This document shows positions 44,581-58,412 of a DNA stretch of 64,000 nucleotides, in pieces. The stretch's first letter is position 1, and each line of letters begins with the position of its first letter. The stretch lies in contig OX597816.1 of the NCBI GenBank assembly GCA_951406725.2, positions 19,778,001 through 19,842,000 of the forward strand, in the 5' to 3' direction. Both the position numbers and the translations under genes were made by a program. The notes beneath the pieces were generated by a model. The model was not told the DNA's origin. It made no database searches and worked only from the letters and a program-made list of their open reading frames with translations. The DNA comes from Octopus vulgaris. Its lineage: Eukaryota.

Positions 44581-45271
44581 CTGTTTTTGTACGTTGAATC
44601 TGACCTTTCCAAAGTGCATGAATTTGTTAGTTACAAGATTTTTTCGGATTTGAAGCGCAACAAAATGAAATAGTTTTGTGTGGGATACTACTTTACACGC
44701 AAGTGGTTTCGATGTTGTGGAGAAAATGCTCTTCAAGTTTTTTAATCACAACCTACATGTTCGATAATAATATGGCTTCCTTATATACGGGCAATATACC
44801 CAAAAATATTATAAATACAGAGATGTTCTTTATAATCATGATCATGATCATCATTATCATAATCATCAATATCACCATCATCATATACAAAACTTTAAAG
44901 TAATAATCATCAGATTTCAAAATATGTTTAACTGACAGTTGAGTTCTTGACAACTGTAGTAATATGATTCACCTCCTCCCTCTCATACCTCATAGAAGGA
45001 TCCAATATGCTGAATTTTGGAATAGGGTTTTGACTAATCCACATGTAGCTTCAGCGTCATGTTTGCCTAGCGTACCGATATTACTGACATAGATCCCGCC
45101 TTTATTTTAACCAATTAGCTTGTGTTTTACATATAATGGTTTTATGAGTGAGCAAACTTAGTTAATTTCGATCGTTTTTATTTCAATTGATGGGAATCTT
45201 CTGTAAGTTGTTTTATATTCAGATGTTTTTAAATCCACATCATTAACTGGTTGATATACATTATTGTTGTT

Positions 45272-46140
45272 ATTTCCGTTTAAAACAGGTTTGAACATTT
45301 TAAGAAAACGTTTTTGTTTTATATTTCTTCTAACCTCACTTATATCACGCAGTTTGGGAAAAGGAAAAAATTAGAAAATTTTCTGACCACATGTTTCGAT
45401 ACGTGGAATTTGGAGAACATTAGTGTTCTGCATTTGTTGTTTGTGGACTTGTGAGCGTTCCCATAATGCCTTCCCCATGCCAGGCTAATATATAGTTTCT
45501 CGCAATTAGATCTTTAAATTTCTGGTATTTCAGTTTATATCTACATTTGCGAAAATCTCCCCATTTTTTGCTCTGATGTATCTATCACTATGCATGTTTT
45601 GATACGTTTCACATCTGTTATCATTACACTTGGATACTTCCAACATTTAATCATGTTTCTTCATGTTGAATTTTGCCTTTGTTAATACATTCTTTAGGTT
45701 ATGTGTTCGCCTTTTACTGAAGATAAGTGTTTGATTAGATATGATTTTTTTAATTTTTCACTTTGTTTCGTGGTTGTCAAATTTGTTTTGATGTTAAAAA
45801 TGTTTTGGTGATGCGGATTGTGTTTCGTCGATAGGTTTGTCTTTCACGTGTTAGCCTACGCTGTTCTATAGGTAAATCTTTTGCTCATTGTATGTTATTT
45901 TCTATAAGTAGGAGACGATATATTTGCTTGAGCAGAAATCCTTTGAGTTCTTTAAGTCGAATGTTCCTTGTATAGACCAACTTCTATAGTACAAAGTTTC
46001 TAGAGATAGATATTACTGGACGTTGCTTTTTATGTGTCTTGGAGGCATGGTTTGAAATGTAGATACCGGTATGTATCTGTGCTTTTTTAAATAAATACCA
46101 GATGTGATTCTGATGTTTGATTCGAGATTATTAACTCTAT
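45272..46140 (-). mobile_element. Penelope-like element, RT thumb + GIY-YIG fragment
   Basis: STDTYRYLHF..PRHIKSNV; RNIRLKELKGFLLKQ; IFSKRRTHNLKNVLTKAKF..KCNDNRCET; CEKLYIS..ERSQVHKQQ; FKPVLN. Confidence 0.85.
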
Positions 46141-46220
46141 GTCAAGAACTTTATTCAACTTGTAACTTTATTCAACTTATACACATTTAGAGAATTTCGG
46201 AAAATAAATGTTTTCCTATT

Positions 46221-46271
<51 letters not shown>

Positions 46272-46587
46272 GTTTATCTGTACATATACACGAATACCGT
46301 TTATACGTATTTTATTATTCATACATATATATTTGGGTATGTGCATTTGTGTGTGTGTGTCTGTGTGTTTGACTTTTTGTTCATATAAGAAAAGTTACTT
46401 GTTTTCGTTTGATCCTTTATTTAGTCTAAGGCAAAATTAATGGGGTGTGTACACTAGAAGATATACATTCATACAAACGCGTGTGTGCACTCACATACAC
46501 ATGTACATACATATATGTATAGATATTTATATATATACATATGTATGTATATATGGATATATATATTGTATATGTGCACATGTGTAC

Positions 46588-46626
<39 letters not shown>

Positions 46627-47372
46627 AGTATATATATATGTATCTATATATCTATATATCTATCTATCTCTCTCTATATATATATATGTATACATACATA
46701 CATACATACATACATACATACACATAGAGGTAGTGCATACATTTCGTTTCGTTTGCCTCAGTCCAAATACGGGATCATAAGAGAAAGAATGGCTTCCAAT
46801 ATATGAAGTAAAAGTTATTAAATCAGAATTTCCTTTCAGACAATGGAATGTCTACACAAAGAATTATTTCTTTGAATGAAAATGTATTCATTTGTGAGCC
46901 ATACGGTTATATGTCAATATACTAAACGTATCCCGTGTAACGGCGGTGATTGCCATTAATTCTGCTGAATGTCAATATCTGTAGGGTGGCTATTGTTACA
47001 AAGTCAGTATGTAATTATTAAGTCTGAGGTGTGCGAGCTCTGTAGATGCAGTCAAGTATGTATTGACTTGCATTATTCATTAGTGGAAAACCACACTTTT
47101 CAAAAATTTTACTATCGAAAATAACAAATTTCAATGACTTAACTGTTATATCCCAGTCATGATTAAATTAGAAAGAGAACACCATATTTTACATTCTTAA
47201 GTCTATTTATTCAAAGATTCAGAGCAACTGCATTAATAATACTCGTCTGAAAATTAAGTAATAAATGTAACTTGCTTTCAATAATCCATATCTATAACAC
47301 TGCCTGTCGATATTTCTATCTGTCTGTGTCTCACTATCAATCTGAGCGCGCACGCACACACATACACACACA

Positions 47373-47448
<76 letters not shown>

Positions 47449-47598
47449 TATGTGATACCAACAATTTCATTCCCCACTTGTTATATAATTTTTATACACG
47501 ACTTGTAAATGGTGTAAATTATAGTAGTATATGTACATTAGATAAATATTAAATATATGATATATAGTGTATGATATATGATATACATATATATATAT

Positions 47599-47830
47599 AA
47601 GGCGGCGAGCTGGCTGAAACGTTAGCACGCCAGATGAAATGCTTAGTGGTATTTCGTCTGCCGTTATGTTCTGAGTTCAAATTCCGCCGAGGTCGACTTT
47701 GCCTTTCATCCTTTCGGAATCTATTAAATAAATACTACTTACGCACTGGGGTCGATGTAACCCACTTAACCCACTTTGTCTCTCCTTGTTTGTCCCCTCT
47801 GTGTTTAGCCCCTTGTGGGCAACAAAGAAA
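47599..47830 (+). mobile_element. SINE family 1 monomer
   Basis: aaggcggcgagctggctgaaacgttagcacgcc...gccccttgtgggcaacaaagaaat. Confidence 0.88.
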
Positions 47831-47859
47831 TATATATGATATACATATATATGGGTGAC

Positions 47860-48067
47860 GTGAAAACGCGTGGCTTAGTGGTTATGGCATTCGGCTCACG
47901 ATTGTAAGGATGTGAGTTCGATTCCCGGCGACACATTGTGTCCTTGAGCAAGACACTTTATTTCACGTTGCTGCAGTCCACTAAGCTAGCCAAAATGAGT
48001 TGTACCTGTATTTTAAAGGACCGGCCATGTCACACCCCGTGTCACGCTGAATCTCCCTGAGAACTAC
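47860..48067 (+). mobile_element. tRNA-derived SINE, family 3 (V/CORE-like), 3'-truncated
   Basis: tggcttagtggtta A-box, gagttcgattcc B-box, ttgtgtccttgagcaagacacttta body. Confidence 0.75.
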
Positions 48068-48444
48068 AGTCGTTGCTGTCAGGACTATCACGCACCTGGG
48101 TTACGAATTGCCGACAGAAATAATGACACCAGATCCAAAACTACTCCTTTGCTTGCACGAGTAACTTCGTTCTTAAAAGAGTAAAGCCTATTTACGGTTA
48201 GTCTTTTCAGCTTCTTGTATTAACAAGATTGAGAATTGTTACACTACTTCTGTTTTGGATAGATTGAACCTGGCCATGTCTAGTGTTGTGTATGGACGCC
48301 CCAAGAAGATGAAGTAGGCTAGCCCAATACGTAGATATAGAGGGAGAAGCCTAAACAACGAGACTAGAACAGAGTTGAGTAGCAGTCGGAGGAGCACAGA
48401 GCAGAGAGTGTAGAGTTGAGTAGAAGGCATCCGAACGTGCGACA
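48068..48444 (-). mobile_element. Solo LTR-like repeat; partial second copy at 38996-39150 (+)
   Basis: Shared gttcggatgccttctactcaactc...cttctccctctatatcta.gtattgggctagcctacttcatc; short gtcg..cgac terminal inverted motif; no clear TSD. Confidence 0.45.
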
Positions 48445-49564
48445 TAACAACTAAAAAAGAGATGCTTTCTATAACTTCCGATAGGTTAGTAATGTCAGGT
48501 TTCTATGTAACTAAACAATGTTAATCAGATGTGTTTATTCTTTAAATACTACATTTACGAGGGCGTGCTCATTCATTCTTCATATGTTGCTGTTGTATTT
48601 TTTAACCGGCTAACAATTTCACATAGATGGATATGTATTCCTAACTCTCGAGTCATTGCGTAAGTGGATTTTGCTTCATGGGGGTTTTGACATTGTTGTG
48701 TCCTGTCAGCCAAAGTCACCTAGGACAGTTGATTCTTACATGAATTCGTCTCCAATGACTAAACAACAGTTAGGATATTCACGTTCGTATAAATGCAAAA
48801 CGTATTAAGATGACTATGCAAGCCACCATTTGGAGTCCTACCATTGATCGCGAAACTCTCGTTAATGCTTTCGAATTACATCATTTGTGTCTTATTGGTA
48901 GGACGGATCGCAATAACCAATATTCAACTTGTGTTTGTCATCTAGCATACTAGCTAGATTTCATGTAACTTTGACTGATTCGTACACATTTTGCGGCCAA
49001 TATCAATATGTTCCACTTACCGATACAACATTCTTATCGGTAAATCGTTCTTATATACCCATTCCCTGATGTTTGCTTTCGTTTTCTTTTCAACACACAC
49101 GAAGGGTTTCTTTCTGGTAATCGATTAAATACTTATGGGAGTTTTCTAACTCAGGATCCACGTATATCAGACAATAAATTAAATATATTTATTATGCAGA
49201 ATGCTCTTAGTGGTTCTGCTTTCCGATGATGCAAACTTTTATCCTATGTCCATTATTTGGTATCATTACGGCTTGTAATGAAATTTGGCACGAAATTTAA
49301 TCAGTGCATATCTGCTATAACTTTATAGCTTCCTTTCCTCATGTCTAACAGGAACTTATTTCCTTTAGGGGTACGAGACGCTTAGTGAAAGACAATTTTG
49401 GTTCTGCACATATGGCGTCACAGATATATGCTATCTATTTAACACCAGATGTCTCGTTTTATATCTCTCGTTTTAATGTTCCTTTCTCTCTCTCTGTTTC
49501 TCTCACTCTCTCTCCCCCTCTCTCTCTCTCTCTCTCTCTATGTGTGTGTATGTGTTTATATGTC

Positions 49565-49705
49565 GATTCTAAATCCCGCCGAGGTCGTCTTTGCCGTTCA
49601 TCCTTTCGGTGTTATTGAAATAAGAACCAGTTCAGAACTGGGGTCCACGTAATCGACTTGCTCCTACTACGAAATTACTGGCCTTGAGTTAAAATTTAAA
49701 ACCAT
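49565..49705 (+). mobile_element. SINE family 1 fragment
   Basis: aaatcccgccgaggtcgtctttgccgttcatcctttcgg core. Confidence 0.65.
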
Positions 49706-49961
49706 TATTATTATGGCTATTGTAGATGTTTATTATCATAATAGTAGTAGTAGTATTAAGACGTGCATTAAATAAATTTTTTTTAAATGCTTTAAGCTTG
49801 CATAAAAGAAATTAGCACAATATTGTATTTTAAATTCAGGTAAACTCGATCAAATGAAGGAGATTGAAGAAAAAAATATTATTTCTAATCATCGATATTG
49901 TAATGAAGATGAAAAAAGGGAATACTTCTTAAAAAGGTAGACCTTACGATAACGATGATCA

Positions 49962-50093
49962 TTCTTCTTCTTCTTCTTCTTCTTCTTCTTCTTCTTCTTC
50001 TTCTTCTTCTTCTTCTTCTTCTTCCTCTCCTTTTCTTTTTCCTTTTCTTCTTCTTCTTCTTCGCTGCTGCTGCTGCTGCTACTACTACTACTG

Positions 50094-50148
<55 letters not shown>

Positions 50149-50235
50149 CCTTACTACTACTGCTGCTGCTGCTGTTACTACTACTACCACTGCTGCTGCT
50201 GCTACTACTAAAACTACTACTACTACTTCCTCCTC
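49962..50235. repeat. Compound (CTT)n(CTG)n(CTA)n microsatellite
   Basis: Seen directly. Confidence 0.95.
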
Positions 50236-52899
50236 TTCGTTTTCTGCTTTTTATTCGTCTACTTCTTATCGTATTCATATTCATTATTATCCTTAATGTT
50301 GTTATATCATCATCATCATCTTCCTCATCTTTAATGCTGTTATATCATCATCATTATTATTTTCGTTATTTGGCAGATCGAGTGGATTTTTTTCCTATTC
50401 GTAGCGGACAAAGTAAATGAACAGAAAAAGAAAAGCAAATATCGAACATATTTTTATAAAACTTAACTCAGAAAACAAAACATACAAGAACATTCTGTAA
50501 AAAAAGACCTATGTAAGAACCTATGAACACTAAAGGCATGTTTTACTTGTAACTTCTTTTCAGTCGTCAGATATTGCACAGCAAACAACAATACGTTTAA
50601 AGATGCATCGTTAATGAAATTTTATCTGGAAGCATTTTACCAAAAGATTAGATTAATTAAATCGACTATAGAAATATAACAATCATACTGATGACTGCGC
50701 CCTCTAATTTCGAAGAAAAGATCGACAGAATTAGTTCAAACAATAATGAACCTCCATTTTCCGATTTTTTTTCCTGCACATCTATATTTTATATTATTGT
50801 GAAACGATATGAGCTCCTGATTATATATATATAAACAGTTACGCATATGATGGCGCTTCAGAATTACACAGCAATACGAATACCGAAATTTCCAATATTT
50901 TCCTTGTTATAGAGATGCAATCAGACCTTTCCATTCACGTTAGTATCTAAATAGATTACACACTAGAGGAAATATAAGTCAACCATATCCATTGTCTACT
51001 ACATGTTTGTTCATGCATTGGAATGCATTTTACTTAGGTTACACGTCTATGCAATAATAGTTTCCTTTTCACTGCGTATTGCAATTATATATTCTCTGCT
51101 ATTTTGTGAAATTCACTCACATTTTCATTGAAATTCTATCTATATGCATGGAAATATCTGACCGCGGTTCGCTACTTCGCAATTTCATTAAGTTATATTC
51201 ATATAGAATATATTCCAGAATCTCAATAAGATATATTTATTTGGCGACTGACAAATAAATAAGTAATAAAAGTTTTGCAGCTACACCTGTTTTGCTACAC
51301 TTTTTATTAAGCTAGGAAACAATATCTACACAGTCGGTTGATTCTAGAACTGGTAACCAAATACAAGCTGGACATCCTCAAAATCAAGCCCGGCTATTTT
51401 ATGAGAAAGAGAAGAAGAAACACTCACTTAATTTCATCTATTATTGTTATCAGCTTTCAGCGTTTTGCCTAAACTAAAGTTTCAGCTTTATCTCGGATCC
51501 ATTTCACCTTCATAAAGTATAAGCTATTCTCCTGGGACGATCACAACGGGTATTAGCATATTTGCATTCGGAATTACCGGAAATTATTTACAATACGTAG
51601 GCAAGTTACCATGTACAGGAACACATACACATACATAAAACACATGTTAATAATACACACACAGTCACACAAACACACACACACTATCACACAAATATAT
51701 TCAAATTGAGAGAATGGAGCAGGTAAAAATCAGGTTTCCTAGCTAGCAGATCCTGGAAATAATAATTACTCAACGAGGAGTACGCCACTAGCTATTCATG
51801 AGGCCGTAGATATCTTAGTTAAATGAAGGTCTCATTGTCGTTTGAGAATCCCAGATTAACTGGCCAGAGATATTATTTATGCAAAAGTTCAGATTGAAAA
51901 TTTACGTAATACTTGCGATGTTCGACATTACAGTGACACCTCATTAGATTTGAATCAAAGCTGAGCACTTAAATTTGGTTTTGGATTATATCGAGCGGAA
52001 AGAAAAGTAATCTGCCTGGTGGAGAGACTTAGGATTTAGAATCCGTAGATATCTCTTCCATAGGTCACAATTAATCATCCTTACATATTCCATCTGGATT
52101 TCCATCTTTGAACAAATGGGAACATGGATATTATCAAACTGTTTGTGTTGAATCTCTTGGTTTCCAGCCGGTTGGCGCGGATTCAAGAGTCCAGCTTACA
52201 CTTCGTTTCTGAAACATTCTGACCCTAGGTTCGAAGTCTCTTAAAGCAGGAAAGCAGCAACTCGAAAATGACAGATTCGTGGTTTATGAGCTATGTGAAT
52301 TGTTTAGTAATTTTCCAAATCAAGACTAGGTCGATGTATTTTTAAATTCTACACACACTTCAAAGAAGTATCTTGGCAAGTCGGGATAAGCTGTCTGACA
52401 AAAATACTATCATGTTTCGTTTCTGGTTTTAATATACACAGACGTTTTACTGCATCAAATTACCGAAACGATCGCAATGCAAGTCTTGGAATACCGTGAA
52501 TGCTACAGGATAACATATAATCGTTTCATGTTCATGGTCGTTCTTAGTGAATAAAGCTACGGAGTGGAATGCGTCTTTCATTATGTTCATATTAGCAAAA
52601 TTTAAGAGAAGAATGATGTGATCAGTTGCCAAATTGTATTTATTTTCCTCTGGACATGAGAGAGCATGTTTTTTCGCCATTCTATTTTTGTAATCATTTA
52701 CGTCTACATTAAAATTGAATATCTAAAATCAGATATGCAATATCTCTTTTCCTCAATGGTTTTGCATCGTTGTTCCGGTTCGGAGCGGATCCTATCTTCT
52801 GTTTTTTTTTTCCATTGTATATTGAACAATGATTCGTTTAATTTTCATCTACTTATAGGTAGATAAAGTGGAATATTTTTAAATTGAGCTTCATCTATA

Positions 52900-53240
52900 T
52901 TTAGTTTTATTTTTCGTGTTTGTTTGTTATCCACGGACACGATATATCAAGAACCTATGGATGGATTCGGATGATACGTTCAGGGACGTATTAGCCTCGT
53001 GACGTGCCCGAACTTATTAGATTTTAGGACTGATCCGGAATGCAACAATGATTCTGGATTACTTTTTCGTTACTTTTACATAACTTTTGAGAGCGGTCAG
53101 TATCATTTTTAGTATTCTCTCTAGTGAGAGCAGGGAAGTTTATTTCAGATATTCCTATTTTAAAAATCACCTCTGGCTAATCGTTTAGAGGACGTTGCTG
53201 TTGCCTTGGCGGAGGTTTACACTCTCTGAGAGCTCTTGTT
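52900..53240 (+). mobile_element. Helentron/HINE-type element, second family
   Basis: gtttgtttgtt near the 5' end; 3' ccttggcggaggtttacactctctgagagctcttgtt resembles the ggcggagg..cgctct..gagtgc..ctagt terminus of these elements. Confidence 0.5.
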
Positions 53241-54307
53241 TTGATTTACTTCTACTTTAAAAGTTATTGTTGTTTTGCGTCAGGGTTTTCTTTTACTCTT
53301 ATCTTTTTCTCCATTCATGTTTCTGATATTCTTAGTCGCTCTATTGTTGTCTTCTAGTATTTTTTAGGTTTTACCAGAAAGTACCCAATGTTATTGCCTG
53401 TTGGATATACTATGTCCATATCGCTGGTATCATCATAGCGCTTTTGAAATCTGTCAATACTTTCTCGGATGTTGACTTTAAGAACTCCAAATCATGTACT
53501 TTGCAAATTATCATAAGTGTAGTGATTAGTATGTCTATCACATAGCACATTTCTAACCCAGGTTCTCTGAATAGTTAATCTGAGAGAGAAGTATATATAA
53601 CTGCCATGTTTGGAGTTAGCTCACCCATATCCACCTATATCTTTCCGAAATGGCCGTAAGATTTTGTACTTATGTATCTGTATATATATAATATTTTTAG
53701 TATTTTCACAGTATAAGCAGAGGCGGAGATAAGTTATAGCAATTATGAATGCCATTATGAAAACGAGGTAGAAGCAATTGTAGAGTCCAATATACCATAC
53801 ACACATCACACTTGTAATCATTTTCTGAATATCCCTTGCAAACTTTCGGAACACAATCAGGTCATCTAAATGTATTATCAAGAAATCATTAAATCAATCA
53901 ATACAATTAGCATATTGTTGACATTCGAGATAAATACACATTGTTACACATATTCTGTTGACCCCAACCTCATTAGATGGTAGCATATGTAAGTTCAATA
54001 CGACTTTGGGGACATTAGTAGTATATCAAGTCAATTATGAAACGAACTGATTTCAATACGGTATAAATTATTTAATGAAGTGGTAACATCAATTAGAATA
54101 CATTTCAGATTTGAACTCAAGGTGACATATTTAGCAGTTTCGTATAATTTTATTATTTTTGTAAATGTACGAGATTTATTCTAATTCAATTTCAGCAAAT
54201 TAATTCATTGTGCTCTGAGAAAAGAGCAATCTAATTAGGAATAATAGTTATTTATCGTTAAAATTTCAAATAAAATCGTAATACTTTAGTGTACATTCAT
54301 ATGGTAT

Positions 54308-54610
54308 TTCTGTTGTGTCTGGGGAGGGTCATTTTCATTTTGCGCCTTATAATTTCACACACTCACCGGTAAAATTTCCACTTATTTCTTTTTGTTATTT
54401 TCCTAAAATTTTCATTGCGTCTTGCCACTTGTTCAGTAGTCTTCACTATTGAAAAGGTTGCAAGATGCAACGAAAAAACTATTGAAAAGGTTGCAAAACA
54501 ACGAAAATTATAGGAAAATAGAAAAATAAGAAATAAGTAGAAATGTTACCGGTGAGTGTGTTAAATTATAAGGCGCAAAATGAAAATGACTCTCTCCAGG
54601 CACAACAGAA
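54308..54610. repeat. Fold-back (~135-bp arms) with ~33-bp tandem duplication in the right arm
   Basis: ttctgttgtgtctggggag...acacactcaccggtaa / ttaccggtgagtgtgt...ctctccaggcacaacagaa. Confidence 0.9.
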
Positions 54611-54782
54611 TATGCTTCAACACTCGAACTCATATAAAGAATCTTGCAAACCAAATCTAAAAACGAAATATAATACTTCTATTTTCTGGAAAAAAACAAA
54701 ACATTCTGAAATTGTTTTGGTGAGATCGCTTGAAATATCAGCATACAGTTATAGCTATTGCAATTTCGATAATGCATGCAAG

Positions 54783-55104
54783 CAGCAGAGGACTGACTCT
54801 AAAAGTATCGGTTGCAAGGCGACTAAGGGGGCCCACCCGCAACTAGAAGCGGGTTCACCCGCGATAACAAGGTGGCCCACCCACAACTACAATTCTATCA
54901 TATTTTTTTTTGTTAAAAGTATTGTTTTTAACTATCTACAAACAAAGCCTGGCTGAAATAATGCATTCTTCCAGAAGTGAATAAAAATAATTCTCAAACT
55001 TGAGGGCCCCTTAGATACAAACATTGGTCCCCATATACGGATTCTACTGGCGCAGGGGCCCACTTCCCGTCGGGCAAGCTGGCAACCTGGCCAATCCGTC
55101 ACTG
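54783..55104. mobile_element. hAT-like non-autonomous element
   Basis: cagcagaggactgac ... gccaatccgtcactg termini, internal gggccc motifs, imperfect 8-bp TSD catgcaag/catgcata. Confidence 0.55.
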
Positions 55105-55510
55105 CATGCATATATACTTACGCACATCCGTACATACATTCATATAAATATACATACATATACATGTGTGAATGCATGTATGTACGTATGTAAGTTTGTG
55201 TATGCTGGGGCCTTTATGTGAGGGCCAGCATGACTAGTCCTGTAGTCGACTTGATTTTTCTTTGATGCATAACTGAATGATCAAACAAATGTGGTTAAAA
55301 TGCAAAGCTGTTCTCTTCAAAGATATCAATGAGTGTACTTAACCAAGCTTTTATATAATAAAATCCACCTACATATCTAAGATACCTTTTCTTGTGATCG
55401 GCCAATCTTCGGGTTGCTAAATTCCAACGTTAAATTGGATATGCATCTGTAACAAATGCGTAATGAATACATATTTCTTTTCTTTTTTTTCCTTTCATGC
55501 TTAATGCCTT

Positions 55511-56286
55511 TTGAAGCGGACACACATAGCTTCTCACCTCTTCTGTTTCATCGGCCCGACTGTTGGGTGACCGATTGCTACGCCCTCAGACTATAGATAC
55601 TTGGTTTTCGTACGGTTGTCCTCCAGGCCGACTGCCGAAACCCTGAATTCCAGTTCGTCCAGCATAGTCTGTAGCTGATCGATGCTCTCCGGTATCAGCA
55701 CTATGTGGCCAGCAAAACTTGGATGAGCAGCTCTCCATTTATTCTTATGCCTCAATTAACGTTTAAGTCTCGTATGACCAAAATACAAAATACGATCTCG
55801 CGAAGTGGAAGATTAGGATGGAGAACATTCATCTTGGTGAAGGATGTGCTGAAGGCGAACATAATCAGGGCAACTCGTACCAATCTCTTCAGCAGCACTT
55901 AGACATGCAAGAAGAGAGGACAATATCTCCTTACAGCTCAGAGAGCCATGGAAAGATATGTTGGAAATCACGCTAAGAGATCACATCCTGAACGAGGAGA
56001 TCAGGAATAGAACTGGTGAAGGATGTCATCGCAGAATAACACCATGCAAAACTGAAATGGGCCGGGCATGATCCAAGGCTCACAGATTATCAGTGGACAT
56101 GTGCAGTTGTTGAGTGGTACAAAAGCGAGCGGAAGAAAGCACTTAGAAGTCCTCCAATCTGGTAAGAAGATAATTTAAGAAAAAATGTATGGAACATAGT
56201 GGAAGAGAATAGCGAAAGCATGAGGGGAATAGAGCGAAAGCTGTGGCCAGTGAAGCCGACTTAGGTGATCCAGGTGATCCAGATGA
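55511..56286. mobile_element. 5'-inverted, truncated RTE LINE with 11-bp TSD
   Basis: Minus 55745-55511: INGELL..LIPESIDQLQTMLDELE..VGLEDNRTKTKYL. Plus 55750-56286: RLGW..AQRAMER..KLKWAGH..W, with (GGTGATCCA) tail. TSD CTTAATGCCTT at 55500-55510 and 56287-56297. Confidence 0.85.
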
Positions 56287-57886
56287 CTTAATGCCTTAGA
56301 AGTAGATTGCTTAAGCAACATGTTTAAAAACCTCTGCTAATGTAGAGGATTTCCCAAGTAACATACTTCGAACGTGATAATTGTGTGATATCAACAACAG
56401 AATAAGATTTTATTGTACTTCAAATTCTCATTTAGTAGTTCGCTTTTTCATAGAGTAGAACATATTATTGACCATACTTATGATAGATTAAATTGCATTA
56501 ATATGTACCAGAATATTTGGAAACTACTTTACCATTTCCAATATAAACTAGGTATCATCGAGTTACTCGTGGGCTTCTTGGTATTGTGCTGACTTTCCTT
56601 GTTGCTTTGAAGACGAAGCAGAATATTTGGAAATTATGCTTGCTCCTTCACAAATACTTTTCGACTGTCACTCATTTAATTCTTTAGAAATACTTTTACG
56701 TCCTACGGCTTATTAAACAATGAGTTTGTAAAAGTTTTATTATTTTTATTTTTTCATATCATGAATTTCTCGGTATTACAAGATTTAAATATAGAGTGAC
56801 TCTCTTCTTCAGATTAATAAGTAAGAATGGGCAATCATTATCAAACTGCACACAAATAGTACATAGTACACACATATGTGACAACAGCCTTCTGTACAAA
56901 CATACAACTGTCAATATTGAGATTAATCAGCCTGAAGCTCTTCTGTCGACACCGAGTTTAGTAGGTAGTATTCATTTGTATTCCTCAGACTTAAATGGCG
57001 ATTTTGTGATAAAAGAGTTGCTATTGAAGAAAATGAATGCATTATAATAGCATTGACCACTGTCAATAATTTCCTAAACATCTGGTTTAATGCTTACCTT
57101 AAACATGAACACGCCAAAATAGATAATATGAAGAGAGATTATGTATCAATCTTTTGATAATTCCTGAAGAATTTACAGTCGAATTCATTTAGCTAGCTTC
57201 TTAAACAATCAAACTATATTACATTGAAAGCGTTTGAGGTCTTGATTTCTAAATTTAGCATTTTATTACAAATATCTTTCTTTGTTCCTTAAACAGCTTG
57301 CTCAAAAGATCAATGATAGTTCAACTCAATTCGGATTTATGAATCCTTTAGAAACAGTAAAAATAAATAAATTCCCGGAGAGAAATTGGAAACCAACAGG
57401 CATTACAAATGTTTTTCTGCAGACAGCAACGTTATGGCGTCAATCGAAGAATTTTGGTGCGGTATAGTTGGGGGTATGGTGTGTTATACTAGTTTTGTTG
57501 TGTTGCACTGTAGTAGGAGCCATTACAGTCTTTAGTAGATTACTTTGAATGATATTCACAGAAAGTTTGGTCTTATTACACGGCTGGATGACTTTATTGT
57601 TGGTCGCAATGAATTTCAATTGCCGAACTGTGTAGTAACTTTTATTTGTCTACCAATATGAATGAAGATATCGACAGATAAAAAGATCAACGGAACATAC
57701 AAGTGCCAAGTAGATAAATGTAAGCTAAGGTGATTCAGTCAGGCAAACAGTCATTCAGCCAGTGAGAGTGTATTTTCGATGAGGAATCTTACTATATTGA
57801 TAATATTCAATCGAAGACACGGAATATAATTTCACGTCTACGGCGGAATGATAACGAACTGATCGAAAACTTGTAATTTATTTCAG

Positions 57887-57940
57887 TATGCATATATACA
57901 TATATGCATATATACATACATATATGTATATTGATGTATG

Positions 57941-57985
<45 letters not shown>

Positions 57986-58053
57986 CTTAGAATACCTTTC
58001 TATTATTATAAGTATGTATGTATGTATATATATGTATATATGTATATATACAC

Positions 58054-58086
<33 letters not shown>

Positions 58087-58334
58087 CGTATGTATTTCTA
58101 CACACATATATTAATCCGCTAAGGACATGTGTTTTGATTCAAGAAAATCATCATCATGGCAGCCGTTATGATTATCATCATTATCCTCATCATCTTCATC
58201 ACCATTATTATCATTATTATCAACACCGTCATTACGCCTACCCCCAGAATCCCCCTCAACACCATACCACCATCTTCACCATCATTATCATCATCATCAT
58301 CATCATCATCATCATCTTCATTACCATCATCATT

Positions 58335-58369
<35 letters not shown>

Positions 58370-58412
58370 CATCATCATCATCATCATCATCATCATCTTC
58401 ATCATCATCATA
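57887..58412. repeat. (TA)n-like then (ATC)n low-complexity tracts
   Basis: Seen directly. Confidence 0.9.

Noticed and set aside
45272-46140. Initially read as sacsin SRR3
   Set aside because: Clear Penelope thumb, linker and GIY-YIG motifs explain it better; SRR3 resumes at ~45.0 kb.
47860-47930. tRNA gene
   Set aside because: A/B boxes run directly into a SINE body with no complete cloverleaf; the same holds for the other SINE heads.
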